Source of the DNA: an uncultured delta proteobacterium
GTDB lineage: Bacteria > Desulfobacterota > Binatia > UBA9968
Length of the DNA stretch: 64,000 nt
Direction: 5' to 3'
Assembly (NCBI GenBank): GCA_963727625.1
Contig: CAVSHR010000002.1
Location: forward strand, 704,001 to 768,000
In this document: positions 51,442 through 60,499 of the stretch, piece after piece
Layout: the number at the start of each line of letters is the position of its first letter
Position numbering within the stretch: position 1 is the stretch's first letter
Made by a program: the position numbers and the translations under genes
The notes under the pieces: generated by a model
What the model was told of the DNA's origin: nothing
Seen by the model: only the letters and a program-made list of their open reading frames with translations
The model's database searches: none

Positions 51442-52119
51442 TCTTTGAACCGACCTGCGCCCTATAGACCTATCAAGAACTAAACGAAATTTACGCCCCC
51501 GGCAAGACGCCGTTACGTGGACTCTTTGCCTGCCCGGAAGTTTGTTTTTCTGAGTATAGCGGACGAAGCTTTTATGTTGCCGGTCGCTGCCGCGTCTCGA
51601 AGGGTTTAACCAAGCCTATCAGAGTTTCTCCGGGCACGGGCGAGGCTAGCCTCACATTGGTCAAGAATAGATCTGGCCGTCCTCGGAAATCATAAAGAAC
51701 GGCATATGTCGTCAGCATAGCGCGCCGGTTATTCCTCAAAAATAAACTCCAAGGTTCTGCGGTCCGGCGAACTGCGGCCGGCGCGACAAGGGCACGGCGG
51801 TAAGACCGTGGATCGCCACCGTGCCGAGGATTGATTACTAAAACGTCAGGATTGCCGCCGTTCGGTCTAGTCGTATGCCGTTGAGAGATCTGCAGCGCGG
51901 AGACCGATGCCGCCGCCGCTACGACGATCCCGCGCAACACCGCTCAATCCAGAAATAACCGCTCGCGCCGACTACTGGTCTGATAAGGCCGGCCGGCGCA
52001 GCATCGCCGCTTTAAAAAAGACGGGAATATTTTGCGGTTTTAACTCTTGCGCTTCGTCTAAATTAAGGGATATGGTCCCTGCGCATGCCATTTGATGGCG
52101 TTATGAAGCGAACCTGGTT

Positions 52120-53145
52120 ATGACGAGTCCGGCAAGACTAAGCGTAGATATGGAAAAGCGCACTTCAAAGACCTTGGAGATCGAGCTCCCGTTCGAGTTC
52201 GAGGGGATAATTGCCGTGGGTTTGCCGATGCTTGCGGTGATCCGGCGGATTATCGAAGCGGCGGGGGTGGACATCCCGGTGTTGATCACGGGGGAGACCG
52301 GAACCGGGAAAGATCTGATCGCCGCGGCGATCCACAAGCGCAGCCTGCGCAAGGACAAGCCGTATATACCGGTCAATACCGGAGCGATGGCGCCGGAGCT
52401 GATCGCGAGCGAGATTTTCGGACACGAGCGGGGCTCGTTTACCGGAGCGCAAGAAGCGCGGGCGGGGATCTTCGAGCAAGCCGACGGCGGCACGGTGTTT
52501 TTGGATGAAATCGCCACGATGGACGAGAAGACGCAGGTAAGCTTGCTGCGGGTGTTGGAGGAGAAGGCGTTTCGGCGAGTGGGGGGGATCAAGAAGATCG
52601 GGGCCGATGTACGGATCATCGCGGCGACCAACGAGAATCTGGAGCGCAACGTAACGGAGAAGCGGTTTCGGGAGGATCTATTTTATCGGCTCAATGTGTT
52701 TCACATCAACGTGCCGCCGTTGCGCGAGCGGCCTGGAGCGATCACGGTATTGACGGATCATTTTTTATCGCATTTTTCGACGGTGTACGGGAAAGATGTG
52801 GAGCGGGTCTCGCCGGAGACTTACCGGTTGTTGCGTCGCTATCCATGGCCGGGCAACGTGCGCGAGCTCAAGAACGTGATTCAGACCGCGTTGCTGATGA
52901 TCGAAGGCAAGGAACTCAAACCCGAGTTCATCCCGGAAAGGATTAGCAATGCGCTCGCCGGCGGCGAGGGAGGCGATGAACCGACCTGCTCATTTCGTGT
53001 CGGCACATCATTAGACGCGGTTGAAAAAGAAGTGATTCGCATGACTCTCATTCACGGCGGCGGCAACAAGAAGTTGGCGGCGAGCATTCTCGGTATCAGC
53101 CGGCGCGCTCTCTACAACAAGATTAAGAAGCATAAATTGCAGTAG
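52120..53145 (+). CDS. sigma54-dependent activator lacking an N-terminal input domain (AAA+ + Fis HTH)
   Basis: Same AAA+ motifs as 50080..51441; only about 28 aa precede the core. Confidence 0.88.
   Translation: MTSPARLSVDMEKRTSKTLEIELPFEFEGIIAVGLPMLAVIRRIIEAAGVDIPVLITGETGTGKDLIAAAIHKRSLRKDKPYIPVNTGAMAPELIASEIFGHERGSFTGAQEARAGIFEQADGGTVFLDEIATMDEKTQVSLLRVLEEKAFRRVGGIKKIGADVRIIAATNENLERNVTEKRFREDLFYRLNVFHINVPPLRERPGAITVLTDHFLSHFSTVYGKDVERVSPETYRLLRRYPWPGNVRELKNVIQTALLMIEGKELKPEFIPERISNALAGGEGGDEPTCSFRVGTSLDAVEKEVIRMTLIHGGGNKKLAASILGISRRALYNKIKKHKLQ
52234..52934 (+). repeat. 701-bp direct repeat, copy 2
   Basis: Appears identical to 50530..51230. Confidence 0.9.
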
Positions 53146-53301
53146 TGTACATATCGTGCTCACTTCAGTTAAACGGCAATTTCGTTAACCCGCTAGAAAT
53201 CCAGCTATTTCTTCTCTTATGGAATTTGACCGTTAAGGTCCGTGTGAACAAATCTCACACGACAGGCTGAGTCAAACGCCGCAGTGTGAAGATCCTTGAC
53301 C
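53144..53301. promoter_or_regulatory. putative enhancer (UAS) sites
   Basis: AGTGTACATATCGTGCTCACT (53144), GTGTGAACAAATCTCACAC (53242), TGTGAAGATCCTTGACC (53285); related to the 47737/47767 sites. Confidence 0.55.
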
Positions 53302-53374
53302 AAAATCCCTGAGTGCCCGCGCGGCTATCCCACCGACTACCTCTAAGCTCCCGTATCTACGGTTTTTTCCCGGG

Positions 53375-53390
53375 TGGTGTTGATCTTGCT
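53375..53390 (+). promoter_or_regulatory. sigma54 -24/-12 promoter
   Basis: TGGTGTTGATCTTGCT (GG-N10-GC) just upstream of RBS GGGGAGG and ATG 53418. Confidence 0.6.
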
Positions 53391-53417
53391 CTTAGTCGAC
53401 GAGCGGGGAGGACAGTC

Positions 53418-53840
53418 ATGAATAAATCGACAGCATCTGATCAAACCTTTCGGGCGGGTTCCTACTTCGAGCCGGACGTTTTGACTTCGCATCAGTACTT
53501 TAAGGTTTTTCGGGAAAAATCCCATTTCATGCCCGAAGAGAAATTAATGTTCGCGGTGCTCACCGATGCCATCGAGTGTTTTCAGAAATACCTCGGGGCA
53601 TCCAGCCGGCGCTACCGAAATGTCTTTGGCGAGGCCGAGGCCTGGATTAACAACCGGGAGAGCACGTCGCCATTTTCCTTCGAGCAGATTTGCGAGGTTC
53701 TCAACATCAACCCGAACTACCTCCGGCTCGGTCTAATGCAGTGGCGCGTCACCAACGAGTCGCAAAAAGGTCCGCGCAAGCGCATCCGCGAGCCGCTACG
53801 GTATCAATATCGAGTAAAGCACAACCGCGTCAGCATTTAG
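53418..53840 (+). CDS. uncharacterised FEPD-motif protein (paralog of 29229..29651)
   Basis: FEPD, PEEKLMFAVLTDAIECF, EAEAWI, FSFEQICEVLNINPNYLRLGL; strong RBS. Confidence 0.85.
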   Translation: MNKSTASDQTFRAGSYFEPDVLTSHQYFKVFREKSHFMPEEKLMFAVLTDAIECFQKYLGASSRRYRNVFGEAEAWINNRESTSPFSFEQICEVLNINPNYLRLGLMQWRVTNESQKGPRKRIREPLRYQYRVKHNRVSI

Positions 53841-53906
53841 CAGAGCGCAGTTTGCGGCGCGCCTTTAGGAGACAATGCAAACCGACGCCAAACTCGGAAA
53901 GTTTGC

Positions 53907-54356
53907 ATGCAAGAACAGCGCGTTCCGGCGCTAGGCGGGTCAATAGCGATGATTCCAGAAGTAAAGACAATTTCCAAAAGTGGAAAAATCATGTTGGTCG
54001 GGTCGGATCATAAGCAAATACTCGAAAGGCGCTTGCAAGCGGCCGGTTGCCGCGTGGTCAAGGTGAGCGACAACAACGCGGTGATCGATCAGGTCCGACG
54101 CGAAGTCTTCGATACGATCGTCTTGGTGTCGCGAGGCTCGTTGATCAACGACGCGGAAACGATTTTCAATCTGCGCGATCTCAACGACTCCATGGAAATC
54201 ATCATCGTCGTCGACCGGCTCGGTAAGCAAACTAATCGGTTTTTGCGCCAGCTCCTCGAACATCCGATCGAAGGCACGCGAATCGTGACGCGCCGCCAAT
54301 TGCAGAAACAGTTGCACCCGGCTACACCGGCGGCGCCACCCGGGGGCGCGTCCTAA
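53907..54356 (+). CDS. stand-alone degenerate receiver-like domain protein
   Basis: KIMLVG..ILERRLQAAGCRVVKV..VIDQVRREVFDTIVLV..MEIIIVV beta/alpha pattern without the acidic pocket; start may be 53949. Confidence 0.6.
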   Translation: MQEQRVPALGGSIAMIPEVKTISKSGKIMLVGSDHKQILERRLQAAGCRVVKVSDNNAVIDQVRREVFDTIVLVSRGSLINDAETIFNLRDLNDSMEIIIVVDRLGKQTNRFLRQLLEHPIEGTRIVTRRQLQKQLHPATPAAPPGGAS

Positions 54357-54941
54357 AAAATATGCGGCCGTCAACGGGAACGAGGAATCGATGATTCAAC
54401 GTAATTTACGATCCCGGCTCCTTCACGATTGGAAGCTTGATTTCGGGGCTTGTAGTCGTTTTGGTGAAGGTGACCTTGCCCAACTCCGGCGCAGCCTAAC
54501 GGCTGCAACTTCCCGAGGCCAAACCGGTTATCCCTGCATGAATGGGTGTTTATGTTCCGACGACCGGCGCGTCGTGGAACGCATGGGCCGATCTTATAAT
54601 AGTCGTAAATTTAACGTCGCGCGGCACCCGGGAAACATCGCAGAGCCAAAGCTTGTCGCTTTCTGCGCTTGCCGCGACCGCAGTAGCGAAAAGATCCCGC
54701 TGCGTGCATCCTGGCGGTACCTTCAGCCGCCGCTTCGGGCGAATATAATTTTGGCACGTTTCCCCCGGCAGGTCAGTCGGGTCAAGGACGTTGTTGTAAG
54801 CCAACGCAGAACCGAATTGCTGCGCGGGGATTAGGGGACGACTCGCGAGTCAATTATGACGATGGAATGTGGAATCGCTGAAGCCAGAGCTGGGGAACCG
54901 TTGTTTCGGAAACTCGAACAGGTTTGATCGCAGGAGGTTTT

Positions 54942-55964
54942 ATGCCTGGAAAGTTTTTGCCATACCGAATCGTTACAGCGTTGATCATCGCGGCGATTGG
55001 AATTCTGACCCTTTCACCCGCGCACGCCGACGAGAAGGTTCACGTGGCCTATATTTCGGACTCGCCGGGATCATCCGCTCCGTACTGGATCGCTAAAGAG
55101 GCGGGTTTTTATAAAAAAAACGGGCTGGACGCGGAGCTCATCTTCATCAATGGCAGCACACGCGGTATCCAAAGTTTAATCGCCGGCGACCTGGATTTTA
55201 CCGGCGCCGTCGGGACGTCGGCAATCAACGGCAAACTGGCGGGCGGGGATATTTTTATCATCGACAGCTTGGTTAACACCCTGCCTTATTACATTATCGG
55301 CAAGCCGGATATTAAATCGCCCGAGAACCTCAAGGGTCGAACACTCGCCACCCATATCCCAGGCACGTCCGCCGACTTTGCGGTGCGTCTGGCCCTGCGC
55401 AAATTCGGCATTGACTACAAAGACATTCAAGCCGTCATGGTCGGCGGTTCGCCGGCGCGCGTCGCGGCGGTGATCAATGGACAAACTGATTTTACGATGG
55501 TGACCGAGCCGGGCAAACTCCAAGGCGAAAATGCCGGCATGAAGGTGATTATCGATATGGCCAAGCTCAAGATTCCCTTCCAATTTAGCTGTACGGTCGC
55601 GTCGGGAAAGACGATCCGCGAACGTCCCGGAACGGTTGAGAAGATGGTCAAGGCGATGGCGAACGCGGTGCATTTTTTTAAGACCAACAAGAAAGAATCG
55701 ATCCAAATCATGGCGAAATACACCCGCGGTGCGACACCTGCTGTTCTTGAGGGTTCCTGGGCGGCGTACTCAGAGCTTCTCCAAGAGGACCTATATCCCA
55801 CTATGGAGGGGCTTCGCGACACCCTGGCTGTGCAGGCGACATGGGATCCCAAAGCCGCGAAAGCCAAGGCGGAGGATGTGGTCGATCTCCGCTTTGTTGA
55901 CAACTTAAATAAGAGCGGTTTTATCGACCGGCTCTACGGGCGCGCCCATATCAGTCATAAGTAA
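54942..55964 (+). CDS. ABC transporter substrate-binding protein, SsuA/NMT1/THI5-like
   Basis: Signal peptide; WIAKEAGFYKKNGLD, LKGRTL, YPTMEG; RBS AGGAGG. Confidence 0.88.
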   Translation: MPGKFLPYRIVTALIIAAIGILTLSPAHADEKVHVAYISDSPGSSAPYWIAKEAGFYKKNGLDAELIFINGSTRGIQSLIAGDLDFTGAVGTSAINGKLAGGDIFIIDSLVNTLPYYIIGKPDIKSPENLKGRTLATHIPGTSADFAVRLALRKFGIDYKDIQAVMVGGSPARVAAVINGQTDFTMVTEPGKLQGENAGMKVIIDMAKLKIPFQFSCTVASGKTIRERPGTVEKMVKAMANAVHFFKTNKKESIQIMAKYTRGATPAVLEGSWAAYSELLQEDLYPTMEGLRDTLAVQATWDPKAAKAKAEDVVDLRFVDNLNKSGFIDRLYGRAHISHK

Positions 55965-55996
55965 ATAGGCAGGGTAAAATAATCGAGGTTAATAAA

Positions 55997-57022
55997 ATGA
56001 ATCAAACCGTTAAATCCTTCATGGTCTTTTCCGCTGGCATATTTTTCTGTTGTCTCACGCTTGATTTGCCCGCAAGAGCGCAATCGATGTCCAAACTCAT
56101 CGAGGGGGCAAAAAGCGAAGGCAAAATGGCCTTTTTTACGACGATGACGCTGTCTCAGAGTAAGAAAGTCGTCGACAGGTTTCAAAAAAAGTACCCGTTC
56201 ATCCAACCCGAGCTGTTTCGCACCGGCGGCGATGGGTTGCTCAACAAAATAGAGACCGAGGCCCGCGGCGGCCTTCACGCCTGGGACGTCACCTCGGGGC
56301 GGGGCGACATGGTGCTTGCGCTTTCACAAAAGAAGCTGCTCGCGCCGTACCGATCGCCCGAGACCAAGATGATCGAAAAGGACTTGGTGGACGATGAGGG
56401 TTACTGGACCGCCTATTACGTCAATCCATTCGTGCTCGGTTACAACACCAATTTGGTCAAGAAGAGCGACGTACCCAAGACCTACGAAGAGCTGCTCGAT
56501 CCGAAATGGAAGGGCGGCAAGATCTCCATCGACGACTCGGCCTACGGGTTTCTCACTGGCCTAATTCGAGCGTGGGGGAAGGAAAAAGCCGTCGATTACT
56601 TCAAAAAGCTTGCGGCGCAGAAGCCATCGGTGATGCGGGGCAACACCAACCGCGTGCAGATGACGATGGCCGGCGAATATCCGCTCATCATTGCCTATGC
56701 GCCGACGATTCAGAGAGAAACCTCGAAGGGGCATCCGATGGATTGGGTGCCGCTGGAACCGGTGCCGGTGCAGGTCAATCCGGTGATGCTTTCGGCCCAC
56801 GCGCCCCACCCCAACGCCGGCAAGCTGTTCATCGATTTTCTGCTTTCCAAAGAGGGGCAAGAAATGCTCATCGGTTTTAGACGAGTTCCGGTGCGCGAAG
56901 ACGTCGATCCCAAGCCGCCGCGCTTGTTTCGCGGTTACAAACGCATCATCGAGCATCCGGAGGAATATAAGAACTTTAATCAGACAGTGAAACTTTATCA
57001 GGAGATTCTCGGAATTCGTTGA
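55997..57022 (+). CDS. ABC transporter substrate-binding protein, Fe3+/thiamine (AfuA/FbpA-like) family
   Basis: AKSEGK, YNTNLV..PKTYEELLDPKWKG, APHPNAGKLFIDFLLSKEGQ. Confidence 0.88.
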   Translation: MNQTVKSFMVFSAGIFFCCLTLDLPARAQSMSKLIEGAKSEGKMAFFTTMTLSQSKKVVDRFQKKYPFIQPELFRTGGDGLLNKIETEARGGLHAWDVTSGRGDMVLALSQKKLLAPYRSPETKMIEKDLVDDEGYWTAYYVNPFVLGYNTNLVKKSDVPKTYEELLDPKWKGGKISIDDSAYGFLTGLIRAWGKEKAVDYFKKLAAQKPSVMRGNTNRVQMTMAGEYPLIIAYAPTIQRETSKGHPMDWVPLEPVPVQVNPVMLSAHAPHPNAGKLFIDFLLSKEGQEMLIGFRRVPVREDVDPKPPRLFRGYKRIIEHPEEYKNFNQTVKLYQEILGIR

Positions 57023-57072
57023 GCTTATAAGCGTAGACGCTACGGGCGTTAAAGATAAGAAAGGAGACTGAT

Positions 57073-58131
57073 ATGAGAAATAAAATCTCGGGGACGGTTT
57101 TTTGCACCGTCATGATCGCCGGTTTGATTTCGATTGGGTCTCCCAGCAACGTCGGCGCGGAAGATTTTTATCAGGGCAAAAACATCCGCTTTATTGTCGG
57201 CTACGCGCCCGGCGGCGGCTACGATACCTACACTCGCGCGATTGCACGTTATATTGGGAGATTTATTCCGGGAAACCCCAGCGCCGTCGTGGAGAACATG
57301 GAGGGAGCCGGCAGCTTGCTCGCCGCCAATTACATGTATAACAAAGCCAACGCCGACGGCTTGACGGTTGGTGACTTCAACAGCGGTATGGTGACCCAGC
57401 AAACCTTGGATTCGCGCGGAGTCCGTTTCGACGCCCGTAAGTTTGGCTGGATCGGTGCGCCTGTTAGAGGTCTGCCAACCTGCATGGTAATGGGCTTCAC
57501 GGGGCTCAGGACGCTCGCCGGGGTGATGAAATCGAGCGACAGGATTAAATTTGGCGGTACAAGAGCGGGGGCTTCATCCGATGATCTACCCAAGATTATG
57601 AATGCTCTTATGGGAACCAAGTTCAAGGTCATCTCCGGCTATAAGGGCACTGGACCGATACGGGTAGCGCTGCAGCGGAGAGAAATTGAGGGTCTCTGCT
57701 CAGGCTGGGAGTCGATGAGGGTGACGGCCAGGGCGTTACTTGATGCCAAAGGTGACGATAAATTGATCCCGTTCATCGTCCACGGCAAGTCGCAAGATGA
57801 GGAGGTGAAAGACCTGCCACAATTCACAAAAGTCATCAAAGGCGAGGAAAACCTGGCTGCGTTTAGAGCCTGGGTGAATCAATATGATTTCCAACGGCCC
57901 TTGATGGTTCCACCGAACACTCCGAAGGATCGGTTAGAGACTTTGCGCCGCGCATTGCAAAAAACTCTTTCGGATTCGGAATTCCTGGCCGAGGCGAAGA
58001 AATCCAAGATGTTGATCGACAACGTTACGGGAAAAGACATCGAGCGGTCTGTCGACGAAATGTTGTCGATCTCCCCGCAAATAAAAAAGAAGCTGGCGTT
58101 CCTCGTGCCGGCGAAAAAAGTCTCGAATTGA
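57073..58131 (+). CDS. TctC/Bug family substrate-binding protein (array copy 1)
   Basis: DFYQGKNI..VGYAPGGGYD..R, ENMEGAG. Confidence 0.9.
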   Translation: MRNKISGTVFCTVMIAGLISIGSPSNVGAEDFYQGKNIRFIVGYAPGGGYDTYTRAIARYIGRFIPGNPSAVVENMEGAGSLLAANYMYNKANADGLTVGDFNSGMVTQQTLDSRGVRFDARKFGWIGAPVRGLPTCMVMGFTGLRTLAGVMKSSDRIKFGGTRAGASSDDLPKIMNALMGTKFKVISGYKGTGPIRVALQRREIEGLCSGWESMRVTARALLDAKGDDKLIPFIVHGKSQDEEVKDLPQFTKVIKGEENLAAFRAWVNQYDFQRPLMVPPNTPKDRLETLRRALQKTLSDSEFLAEAKKSKMLIDNVTGKDIERSVDEMLSISPQIKKKLAFLVPAKKVSN

Positions 58132-58320
58132 AAAACGCTGCATTTAGCGCTGGAGACTCTTTCAGGGAAGGATCAATGACAACACCGATTAAATTTTTGT
58201 GGATAAGATGGGGGCGATATTACCTGCCGTGAAAAAAACTGCAATTTTTCATGTGAAACAAGAAAATCAAGTCTTTGACGACAGAGCAGAAAGCAAAGAA
58301 CTTAAGAAAGAGGAGGTTTC

Positions 58321-59370
58321 ATGAATTACCGAAAGATAATGTTACCGGTAGCCCTCGCGGGGCTCTTAGTCGCCAGCGGTGGGCCGGCGGCGGCGGCTGA
58401 TTTTTACGCCGGCAAGACCATTCGCGTATCCGTGGGGTTTTCCGCCGGCGGGGGCTACGACACCTACGCGCGCATCGTGGCGCGCCATATGGGCAAACAT
58501 ATCCCGGGTCATCCCAGTTTCGTGGTCGAAAACATGGACGGCGCCGGCAGTCTGATTGACGCCAACTATACCTACAGCAAAGCGCCGCGCGACGGCACTT
58601 TCATCGGGGTATGGAACAGCGCCTTCGTGCTCTATCAAGCGCTGGGCGACAGAGCGGTGCGCCTCGATGCGCGCAAGTTCGGTTGGATCGGTGCGCCGAT
58701 CAAAGGTTCGCCTGCATGCAACATCATGGGCCATACGGGATTGAAGACCATGGATGAAGTGCTTAAGTCCGGCAGGGCGCTCAAGATGGGCGCGACACGC
58801 GCTGGTTCGACTTACAACGACTTGCCCAAAATTCTCAACCAGACCATCGGCACGAAGTTCGACGTAATCACCGGTTACAAGGGCACCTCGCAAATTACCG
58901 TCGGGATGCGCTCCAAGGAGCTCGACGGCGGCTGCTGGGGCTGGGAATCGATCCGTGTTGTGGCGCGGGCAATGCTCGATGCGCAGGGCGATCAGAAGCT
59001 GATCCCGATCATCGTGCACAGCAAGTGGGAAGACAAAGAGCTCGCCGGTGTACCCCTCACCCGCGACTACATCAAGGCGAAAGGTGGCAAGGATGGCGTG
59101 GAGCTGTACAACGCCTGGGTCAATCAATACGAATTCCAGCGGCCCTGGGTTGCTCCACCGAGTCTGCCAAAAGATCGCCTCGAGATCCTGCGCAAGGCCT
59201 TCAAGGATACGTTGGCCGATCCCGAGTTTGTGGCGGAGGCCAAAAAGTCCAAGCTTGTGATGGAATATGTGGGCGCGGATGAGATCAACGGCTTGGTCAA
59301 AGAGATTTTGGACATTTCGCCGAAGGCCAAGGCGGGTCTCCAGTTTCTCGTGCGAAAATCCAAAAAGTAA
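58321..59370 (+). CDS. TctC/Bug family substrate-binding protein (array copy 2)
   Basis: DFYAGKTI..VGFSAGGGYD..R, ENMDGAG; RBS AGGAGG. Confidence 0.9.
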   Translation: MNYRKIMLPVALAGLLVASGGPAAAADFYAGKTIRVSVGFSAGGGYDTYARIVARHMGKHIPGHPSFVVENMDGAGSLIDANYTYSKAPRDGTFIGVWNSAFVLYQALGDRAVRLDARKFGWIGAPIKGSPACNIMGHTGLKTMDEVLKSGRALKMGATRAGSTYNDLPKILNQTIGTKFDVITGYKGTSQITVGMRSKELDGGCWGWESIRVVARAMLDAQGDQKLIPIIVHSKWEDKELAGVPLTRDYIKAKGGKDGVELYNAWVNQYEFQRPWVAPPSLPKDRLEILRKAFKDTLADPEFVAEAKKSKLVMEYVGADEINGLVKEILDISPKAKAGLQFLVRKSKK

Positions 59371-59428
59371 CTGGGGAGGTTTGCGACGAAGCTAAAATTA
59401 ACCAGAGTCTTTCGATAAAGGAGCAGGG

Positions 59429-60478
59429 ATGAAAGCACGACTGACAATTGCAGGGTTGCTCGGAATCGCCGGGTGCCTATTCGCCGCACAGACGACACCG
59501 GTGTTCGGCGCAGACTTCTATCAGGGTAAGACATTGCGACTGGTCGTCGGTTCTTCGCCAGGCGGCGGTTACGATACCTATACGCGGTTGATCGCGCGCC
59601 ATATCGGTCATCATATTCCGGGTGACCCTGCGACTGTGGTCGAGAACATGCCGGGAGCCGGCGGGCTGGTCTCCGCCAATTTCGCGTACAAGCGGGCTGA
59701 TCCCGATGGCCTGACGGTGGTGGTTTTCAACAATTCAAACATCGTTCAAAAGGCGTTGGGCGATCCACGGATCAATATTGCGTTCGACAAGCTCGGCTGG
59801 GTCGGCGCGCCGAGTGTCGGCGCGCCCATGTGCATGATCATGGGATTTACCGGTCTGAAGACGCTCGATGACGTTTTGAATTCCAAAAAGCCTCTCAAAA
59901 TGGGCGCCAACCGCGCCGGTACCACGGGTTACGATTTGCCGCTGATTCTCAATAAAACGATCGGTACAAAATTCGACGTGGTCAGCGGCTATACCGGGAC
60001 ATCGAAGATTCGCGTCGCTCTGCAATCCCACGAACTCGATGGATTTTGTTCGAACTGGGAATCGATGCGTGTGACGGCGCGCTCGATGCTCGATGCCAAG
60101 GGGGACAAGAAACTCATCCCCTTCCTCATCAACGCGAAGTGGGAGGATCCCGAAGTCAAGGATTTGCCATTGATCAAGGACGTGATCAAAGACCCGAAGA
60201 AATTCGCCGTCTACAAAGCCTGGGCGGATCAGATGGATTTTCAGCGCCCGCTCTCGGTGCCGCCGAAAACGCCGGACGATCGTGTGGCGATTTTGCGCAA
60301 GGCCTTTGCCGATACTTTGAAAGATCCAGCGCTGCTTGGCGAGGCAAAAAAATCGAAGCTGGTGATCACCTATGTGTCGGGCGAGCGCACCGCCGAGCTG
60401 GTGCATGAAATTCTTTCCATGCCCGATGATGCCAAGAAGAGTCTCTCGTTCCTGGTGCGGACGAAGGGCAAAAAGTGA
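59429..60478 (+). CDS. TctC/Bug family substrate-binding protein (array copy 3)
   Basis: DFYQGKTL..VGSSPGGGYD..R, ENMPGAGG, PDGLT. Confidence 0.9.
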   Translation: MKARLTIAGLLGIAGCLFAAQTTPVFGADFYQGKTLRLVVGSSPGGGYDTYTRLIARHIGHHIPGDPATVVENMPGAGGLVSANFAYKRADPDGLTVVVFNNSNIVQKALGDPRINIAFDKLGWVGAPSVGAPMCMIMGFTGLKTLDDVLNSKKPLKMGANRAGTTGYDLPLILNKTIGTKFDVVSGYTGTSKIRVALQSHELDGFCSNWESMRVTARSMLDAKGDKKLIPFLINAKWEDPEVKDLPLIKDVIKDPKKFAVYKAWADQMDFQRPLSVPPKTPDDRVAILRKAFADTLKDPALLGEAKKSKLVITYVSGERTAELVHEILSMPDDAKKSLSFLVRTKGKK

Positions 60479-60499
60479 GAAGAAAACCTTAAGGGAGAA

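Noticed and set aside
50530-52934. Repeat pair as a diversity-generating retroelement TR/VR
   Set aside because: No adenine-specific mismatches, far longer than a typical TR, and no reverse transcriptase in the window.
53876-53890. Minus-strand TGGCGT..TTGCA sigma54-like site
   Set aside because: Spacing is GG-N9-GC, one base short.
54751-54767. TTGGCACG as a sigma54 promoter
   Set aside because: No GC at the -12 position.
58141-58320. Replication origin
   Set aside because: Only one DnaA box and no dnaA/parAB/gidA context.
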